From: Bugula neritina
Taxonomy: Eukaryota > Animalia > Bryozoa
NCBI GenBank assembly: GCA_964035545.1
Contig: CAXIUT010000060.1
Coordinates: forward strand, 1-45,769
Reading direction: 5' to 3'
DNA length: 45,769 nucleotides
Part shown: positions 38,501 through 45,769 of the stretch, piece by piece
How the letters are laid out: each line of letters begins with the position of its first letter
How positions within the stretch are numbered: position 1 is the first letter of the stretch
Translations under genes and position numbers: made by a program
The notes under the pieces: generated by a model
What the model was told of the DNA's origin: nothing
The model's input: the letters and a program-made list of their open reading frames with translations, nothing else
Databases searched by the model: none

Positions 38501-38854
38501 AAAAAACTTCACTAAGTCATCGAAATCATGAAGGAAAATAGAGATATTGAAGGTTATCCATCATACAATAGCTTCAAAAAGGCTTTATATCGTTTTGTAT
38601 TTAGAAAAGTTTTGACAGAATCAGGAAGTCTGGAAGAAACTCTCAGGTAGAACCTTTGCTCATTTTCATACTTTTGGGACAAAGAAGCATAGTTTTTGAT
38701 AGAAAAATTCGATAGAAAGTATGGAGAAGTCTTCAAAATAGAAATAAAGCATCTGTATTATGTCTTGCAGAAGATTAAGTGGATTGAAAAAAAATCTGAG
38801 GTCAACCCAAGAGGGTCTGGTTCAAATAAAAAACCCAATAAAAAGTGTTATTGA
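23594..38854 (+). CDS. RNF213/mysterin-like giant AAA+ ATPase-E3 ligase (about 5000 aa); 5' end missing at the telomeric tract; many 1-nt indels
   Basis: PCVIEGESGVGKT (about 30933-30971), VFFDEFNT, VAACNPYR, VSLRDVER, GS(P)GSSKS, YFDEIGLAE..PLKVLH, FIGISN.ELDAAKMSR, FGLRDF, SLYDLFN, LNRFEKH, an RZ-like finger near 36440, and a TGA at 38852. Motif order matches RNF213 as I recall it. Confidence 0.88.
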
Positions 38855-40197
38855 TTGTTGAATTGCATATTAATTTATGAAATATTCATTATTTAAAATT
38901 ATATTAATATTTTGATTTATTTGAAAGAATTTTGATCAGAATAATAAATTTATTATCCATATTGTAAAATTTCTTTGTACTTTCTTTCTTCCTTAAGCTT
39001 TTTTTTGAGTAATAATCATTTTTAGCTTATTTAATGTTGAAAAAAAATATCTATTGATCTTTTATCCAAGGTATTTTAGATTGTTTTTCAATAGACTTAA
39101 GTTCTTCCTTTTTTATTGCGGGGTCAAAATTGCCCTGTTGATTAATTTAAGTTCAAAATATCTCAAATTATTTCTTTTGAGTTTTATGTGATCCATTCAT
39201 GGATATTTTTTTTCCGATCATTTTTCAGACGTCAATAATTATTGAGAATGTTTGATTGGGATTTAACCTCTTTTTATTGTTAATGAGAAAGTCATTAGTT
39301 AGTTGACAGATACTAGAGATAACTTCTGATCTTTTCCTTTAGATCAAAATAAATCAAATTTTTTCGATGATGATTTTTTTTATACTCTACTTTCATCGCA
39401 GTTATGAACTTAAAGATCTTTCTTCATAATAAGTTCCATCTATCTAAAATAAGGCTATATCTGTCTTGAGTCTTTGGTCTTTAGAAGAATCAATATGATT
39501 AAAATATTATTAAAGTTTGATTTAATATCGATAAAAATATTTTTTGAAAATTTATATTTAATTATGATCTAACATACTTAGTTCTCCTTAATATCTTTCA
39601 CAAAAACATTAAATTTTTAAATTAGATTTTTTTTTTTCGAAATACAGAAAAAAACAACTTAGTAAATGATATCAAGAAATAGATATTATTAATATTGAAC
39701 TAAAATTATAGATGTGATCATTTAACACTCTTTTTAATATTTTCAATAGTTATCAATATAGTGTAAAAACACAAATACCCTTACCATTAATACCACAATT
39801 GATTCTCTTCTAATTTTAACTATCAAAAAAGCTTGTACCTGTTAAGAGTAACATTTTTCTACGATTGAGAGCCAACTTATAAATGACAAAATATGATGAT
39901 GATAATATATTGATGATCCAGGAAGAAGATGTATAAATGATCTAGTAAAATATTTATGAATTTATTAAAATATTTAAATAGTTTTGGGCTAAAAAGTAGC
40001 TTAATTACAGGTAGGGTATAAAAACTATTAGTTAGAGAAAAAGAGCAAAAAAAAATAAATGAGAAAATTAACTTGATGACCATTTTAGTCATAGTGTTCT
40101 CTTTGATTTGGTATACATAAATAATATCTATTTATCTAAGAATCTTTAACCGTAAAACTGATATTTAAATTTCTCAGTTATAATCATATAAATTTTA

Positions 40198-40586
40198 ATG
40201 GGAATTTCATCCTCAAAGAAGAGATATTCAAAAATATCGTATATTGTAATTGTTTTTTTATCTAGAAAAGACTAAAACTGATCAAATTGGTCTAAGAAGA
40301 TAGTATTGGAGTTACTAGGGCAGCCAAACAATTAAAGATAAAAATCCCAACTGCTAAAGTGATTTTAAGAAATTATCGAAATAAAGGCAGAGTATATAAG
40401 AAAAAAAAGGATCAAATTCAAGAATCTCCCCATTCAAGATAAGAAGCCCCTCAAAATACGGAACAAAATCCCATAGAAAATCCCAATAGTCCTGTTCAAG
40501 ATTTTTTTGTAGCGAATTAACCTCAATTCTTCTACAACTGGATGTACCCTTCGATGTTCTATTGGAATCCATACACTCATTTGTGA
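40198..40586 (+). CDS. Small helix-turn-helix (homeodomain-like) protein, 122 aa; 20-nt intron 40246-40265
   Basis: After splicing: YSKISYIKRLKLIKLVEEDSIGVTRAAKQLKIKIPTAKVILRNYRNKGRVY, typical of ciliate HTH families. Confidence 0.75.
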
Positions 40587-40666
40587 TATTTGTGAGAATC
40601 AAAATAACTTTATTTGAATATTATCACCTTGTTCATGATTAAAACTTTATTTTAAATCATAAATCA

Positions 40667-41443
40667 ATGAAAGACAGTCCAAACATTCTATTTCCAGATC
40701 AAAATACCCAAAAAAGAGTCTCTAAATAGTTAATTAACCTTTTTTTTTTAATGACGTTTCAGCATAGAATATGGATTATATTTAAATATTCTCCATTTAA
40801 AGTCTTTGTTTTGAAATAGGCTTTTTTCTCTAAACTGTAGCTATATTTTTTAGACAGTTTTAGATAAAAAGAAGCTGAAATATTTTCTATTTAAGTTAAG
40901 TCCTTCATGAATAAAAATAAAAATATCATTGATGAGAAAATGTCAAAAAAAAAAGTTAAATAATAATTTTGATACTGAAGCTAGACTATTTACTCATAAT
41001 TATGCCATAATAATCTTATTGGCATAAAGAAGTCTTCTTTATAAGAAAACTAAATTTACTAATATTCTCTCACAAGTTAGATTAAACTATTAATAAATCA
41101 ATCTAATCAAACTGAATTCTTAAAAACTTTGTTTTAACTTTTTTCATCTTAATACAACAGAAAATTATAAAATATCATTATATTTTACTTTCTTCACAAG
41201 TACATAAATATCATTTCTCATAATACTCATCATTTTCATGAGCATATCCTATTAATGGAGCAAAAAATTGAACTGAGTCTTCTTTTTATTCTCTTTTTCA
41301 TAATTATTAAGTTACTATCTTTCACTTATGCACCCTTATATGTTGAAGATCTTGATGTTTTTACTCATTTATTTTATCTTAAATTTTGTATAAATAACCC
41401 TCTAAAAGCATCGAGATATTATTAAAAGTTTAAAGAATGTTGA
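40667..41443 (+). CDS. Possible hypothetical protein with indels or introns
   Basis: Opens MKDSPNILFPDQNTPKK with coding-like composition; the frame cannot be followed cleanly. Confidence 0.3.
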
Positions 41444-41989
41444 TGTTTGGTGTTTTAGATGAAATAAAAAATAATAGCAAAGTAATTTCTTTCCACTATT
41501 TTATGACTAAAAATAGATGATTTATTCATGGAGTAGAAAATAAAATAAAAAAGGTTAAGGATAAGTTCCATGAGTCTTATGAATGATGACCAAAGCATCT
41601 GATAATAATTTTATCAAAATAATAATTATTCGTATGAATGTTCATCATCATCTAACTTCTTAATATTTTATATAAAAAAATTAATCCTTCATCATTTCAT
41701 CTTTCCTTGAACTAAAACTAAAAACTGATTTTAGACAAGCTAGAAAGCAAAAATATTGGTTAGATATTTTGATCAAAGCACTTGATTGTAAAGAAAATAC
41801 TTCTTTTCATCAACAATAACACTAATTGTCTCACTAACATTATTTATTATCTAGAACTTTAAACTATCGTTCAGATGTTTAGTTGATTTATTAATATCAT
41901 CATTCCTCTTTTTTCCTTCCAGGTCTGATTTACTTTCACTATAATCATCTAAAATATGTTCAATTATATCAATTAAATTATTAAAAAAC

Positions 41990-42073
41990 GGGGGGTTGGG
42001 GTTGGGGTTGGGGTTGGGGTTGGGGGTTGGGGTTGGGGTTGGGGTTGGGGTTGGGTTGGGGGTTGGGGTTGGG
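41990..42073. repeat. Internal telomeric (TTGGGG)n tract 2
   Basis: About 14 units with some G3/G5/G6 irregularities; right-end orientation. Confidence 0.97.
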
Positions 42074-42839
42074 AATTTTTATAATTATTTCTCCCAATAA
42101 GTCTTTAATCTTCTATAATTCTCCAAGTTCCAGTCTATATCATCTGTTGTTGTTGATTATAATGCCACTTTCCCATCATAACTTTATCTCCAATAAAATC
42201 TGAAGTATACACCATAGTTCTACGATCTCCATTTTGAAGTTATTTTTCAGGTTAGTAATAATATTTTATCATCCAGAAGAAAGGACCTGCTTCTAATATC
42301 AAAAAAGAACCTTAAGCCCTCCAATAACCTAATTAATCTTCTCCTTTTAATTCAAAATCTAAACTTAAAGATTGAGAATATTTACTTTATATATTTTAAA
42401 CATTACATCTTATTTATTTCATTCCTTTGTTCTCCAAAAATAATTTTTTACCCTCTTTAACTTCATAAATCAACCTCATAAAATTATTTTTCTATCCCTC
42501 AAAAATAATATTAATGGTTGATAAATTCCTCATATTATAGTAATACTATCTGATCTTACTAATTTACTTTTGTTTTTAGTCATTCTCTCCTTATTTTTAA
42601 TCATCTTTACAACAACAGCAGCAAACATTATTTTTCATACAAACATAAAAAGGAATACAAAGAGATGCACAAAGACATGTACAACAAGGATCACATATTT
42701 ATTTGCCAATACAAGTACAAATAGGAACACAAATAGCTTAGCAAATAGGTTTACATATAATCATGCAGAGAAATTAACAGATTGTCTAACACAAACATCT
42801 AAATATAGGCTAGCAGCAGGCTCCAAGAATTCTATCCAT
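42074..42839 (-). CDS. Protein with Cys-rich N-terminus; runs into the telomeric tract without a stop
   Basis: MDRILGACCEPIFRCLCETICEFLCMIICKPICEAICVPICTCIGKEICDPCCTCLCASLC..VCCCCCK, then a beta-rich domain (GEDELGYWRAEG..MGKWHY..TGTWRI); open for 255 codons. Confidence 0.8.
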
Positions 42840-43001
42840 ATTTCTTTTAATATTAATTTAATATTTTCAAAAATATGTATTTAATATATTGAAATAGAAG
42901 GGTTGTCAACCGTTATGACTTATTATTTAAAATTAATATAAAGCAATATAAAATATAAATAGGATTTATCCTTTTCTATCTAGAAATTTCATAATTTAAA
43001 T

Positions 43002-45632
43002 ATGCTTGTTCTATTTTTTTCAGTCGTTTTCATCCTCACCTCATCCACCCTCCATACCTTTGATGACATCTCCATCTCAATATCAACCATCTCATCAGGC
43101 AACCTCTACTCTAATGCTTCAATTGATACCTGTAAAGAACTCATCGTCAGAAACTCATCTTTATACCATCTCAGTTCTCTCTTCATCTTTCAAAACTGGC
43201 ACAAAGGTGCACTCGCATCAAGCATCAACTCACTCAACGTGTCCTAGAGTGTGCCTTCTGTGAGACCAACCGTCACAACATATGGAATAGATATCAATGG
43301 AAAATCTATTGTTTTCTAAACTGATAGCGTTTACCCAGATGGAGGCTTTTACATCTATTATTTGGATAATAGCTATTCTTTTGACTCAGGTGCTGAGGTT
43401 TACAAATCAAGTATCTCAGATAGAATATTCATAGAATAGTAACTAGTCTATAAATTCTATATCGATGTGGGAAACGGACAATCCCATATCAGAAAAACCA
43501 ATAAAACATCAGGATAAAGTCCATAATATCTCCATCTAGGAATAACCATCATTAATCTAGTCATTTCTCCTAACTATAATTGGGCCATCGGTTGGTCATA
43601 ACTATCTGTCGTTGAAATCTACCTCCTACAACCAAACATCACTCATAGCAACACCTACACTCCCAGCAATACACCATCTAAGAACATTACTAGCACTATT
43701 TCCTTCAGCCAAGATTCATCACTCTTTATTCTCTAAACAGATACTTTCAATCCAGTTCAAGTTATCAGAGTTGACACCCTCTAAGTCATAAATAATATCA
43801 GCATTGAATCAACTATCAACTCAGTACAATTTCTAGATTCAACCAACACGATCATAGTCGCTTTCTGCCCTAACTCAACTATCTTCATCAACCTCACCAA
43901 CAACAAACAGTATATAACACCATATATGTAATCGAATATTGCCCTAGCAGATCAGCAAAATAACATATTCACATGTTATAACAACAAAATCTCCCAACAA
44001 TCAGTTATCTTGAAAAACATCGATTAATAAATCGATCAAAGCGAATTCTACAAAGTTCTAACTCTCAATGAAAAATAATAAAAAGTTGTAACAGCCATGG
44101 ATCACACTTTAGACATCACAACCGATACATCAAGCATAATATCCACCTTCACAACTACCCTTCCTCTGACGATATACTTTTTAGGATTTCTCAACTACTT
44201 CACCATGTGCAGCCTCTATGTACTACTTAACTTTCCCATCCCGAAACCTGTATACGACTACCTGTCAACTGCCTACCACGGCATCAACAGCAACATCTTT
44301 AGCATCTTTGGAATAGAAATCACCATTGAACCCATAGGCGACTAAAAAGTCAATAATAATAGAGCTCTCTTTTTTGATGTCACGTCAGATATTATTCCCA
44401 GTCATCTCACTGGCTTTATCTTCCTCATCTGCAATATAATCGTCATTATCCTTATCCAACTCTTCTGCTCTTTCCTAGCAAGAAAAAATGCACTCAAAAA
44501 GTTTGTAAATAAGTAAAAATGGAACTTTGTCTATGGCTACATCATAAATCTAATGATTCCCTTTACACTTCCTTGGACATTTATGATGATGCAAGGTGGA
44601 GTCAGAAATATAGGAAGTAAGCTAAGTTTACTCACATATATTTTGATATACTTTGTGGCTCTTGTTTTTCCAATATATTATTTTTTTGATTTGATTCAAG
44701 GAAGATAGACTGAATTACTTAAGAAAAGAAAATTCAATAAAATTGAAGAAGAAAATAAGAAGATGTTAGAAATAAAGAAAAAATCATAAATTTTGAATAA
44801 AAAGTGTATATTTGAAGAAAGTGTTCATGAGTATGAGTTAAGACCTTCTGAAATATAAGAAAAACCAAAGAAAATCAAAAGTAATAATAAAAGTATAAAA
44901 TGGTTAGATTTATAAAAGAAATCAGAACAATAAGAAAGATAAAAATCAATTATATCAAATCAAAGAGATACTATTCTCAAAAAATCAAATAAAAAAATAT
45001 AAAACCAACCAAAAACATCAGAATAAATCAAATATCCACCTCTCACCTTCAGCTAACTTATCACATTTTAAATACTTGAAGAATGGTATCTGTGCCAATC
45101 TAACTTTGTCTATCCGTTTCTTGTCCTCCTATCCAACCCAATCTACTTCCTAGTCATGATCTTGTTCTACTCATTCATCGGAGTCTTCATCGCCTTCAAA
45201 AAACAAAAACAAAGAGTCAACAGCTTTATCTTAGCACTCTACCCCTTCTTCTTTCATATCTGCTTCATGATATTCTACTGGTCATCTTCAATGGACATTT
45301 TAGTAATAACTTCTATCATCAGCATGGCGATCTATCTTTTAGGTTCAATTCATCACTGTCTAACAATGATATACTAGATAGTAGCATTTTTTTACAATCA
45401 GATAAAGAACAATTGTCAAAAAAATATAATAGGCTTTAAAAATATGTTTTCAAATAAAGTATCACCTTCTGACGAAGAACCAAATCAAGTTAGTGTAAAA
45501 GATTGTATAATATCCCATGAACAATCAAAGAAAGGATCAACAAAAAAGGTACGTCTTTCAAATTCATTCAAAGACATTAAATAGATATAATTTCCATCAT
45601 TTTCTCATCGTCATCCACCAAAACAATAATGA
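43002..45632 (+). CDS. Multi-pass TM receptor-like protein, paralog D, 876 aa
   Basis: ORF-track fragments at 43002, 44097 and 45156 share one frame; family motifs present; ends TAA-TGA. Confidence 0.9.
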
Positions 45633-45692
45633 TTACACTATCATATATTATAATATCAAAATATAAATAATTGAATGAGTATGATAGTTAAT

Positions 45693-45769
45693 TTGGGGTT
45701 GGGGTTGGGGTTGGGGTTGGGGTTGGGGTTGGGGTTGGGGTTGGGGTTGGGGTTGGGGTTGGGGTTGGG
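45693..45769. repeat. Right telomere, (TTGGGG)n
   Basis: Perfect G4T2 array to the last base. Confidence 0.98.

Noticed and set aside
38940-40100. One or two possible hypothetical genes downstream of the RNF213-like gene
   Set aside because: Coding-like stretches exist, but frames break at homopolymers and no motifs define the boundaries
40198-40586. Tc1/mariner transposon suggested by the HTH
   Set aside because: No DDE domain, terminal inverted repeats or target-site duplication seen
1228-45377. The supplied short ORFs as independent genes
   Set aside because: They were computed with TAA/TAG as stops; they are either fragments of longer table-30 genes or antisense shadows (for example 3987-4301, 6773-6973, 17948-18181, 42570-42884)

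Overview
AT-rich ciliate macronuclear DNA, bounded by (C4A2)n on the left and (T2G4)n on the right, with two internal G4T2 tracts (23535-23593 and 41990-42073). The supplied ORF track is misleading because TAA and TAG encode Glu here (NCBI table 30, peritrich-type) and TGA is the only stop. Introns are tiny (about 20-25 nt). Retranslated by hand, the window holds four paralogous ~880-aa signal-peptide/beta-rich-ectodomain/multi-TM proteins, a type I glutaminyl cyclase, a pseudokinase-MORN protein, an HTH protein, a Cys-rich protein, and a ~15-kb RNF213-like AAA+/E3 gene with many homopolymer indels. The most notable feature is a tandemly duplicated three-gene cassette. In it, a RING finger fused to a putative C-terminal ubiquitin-like domain (ending LGG-KHSK in copy 1) is transcribed divergently from a miniature USP protease and a divergent E2, and a third mini-USP follows. 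This looks like an operon-like ubiquitin-like conjugation module. All translations and motif matches are by eye; no database searches were run.
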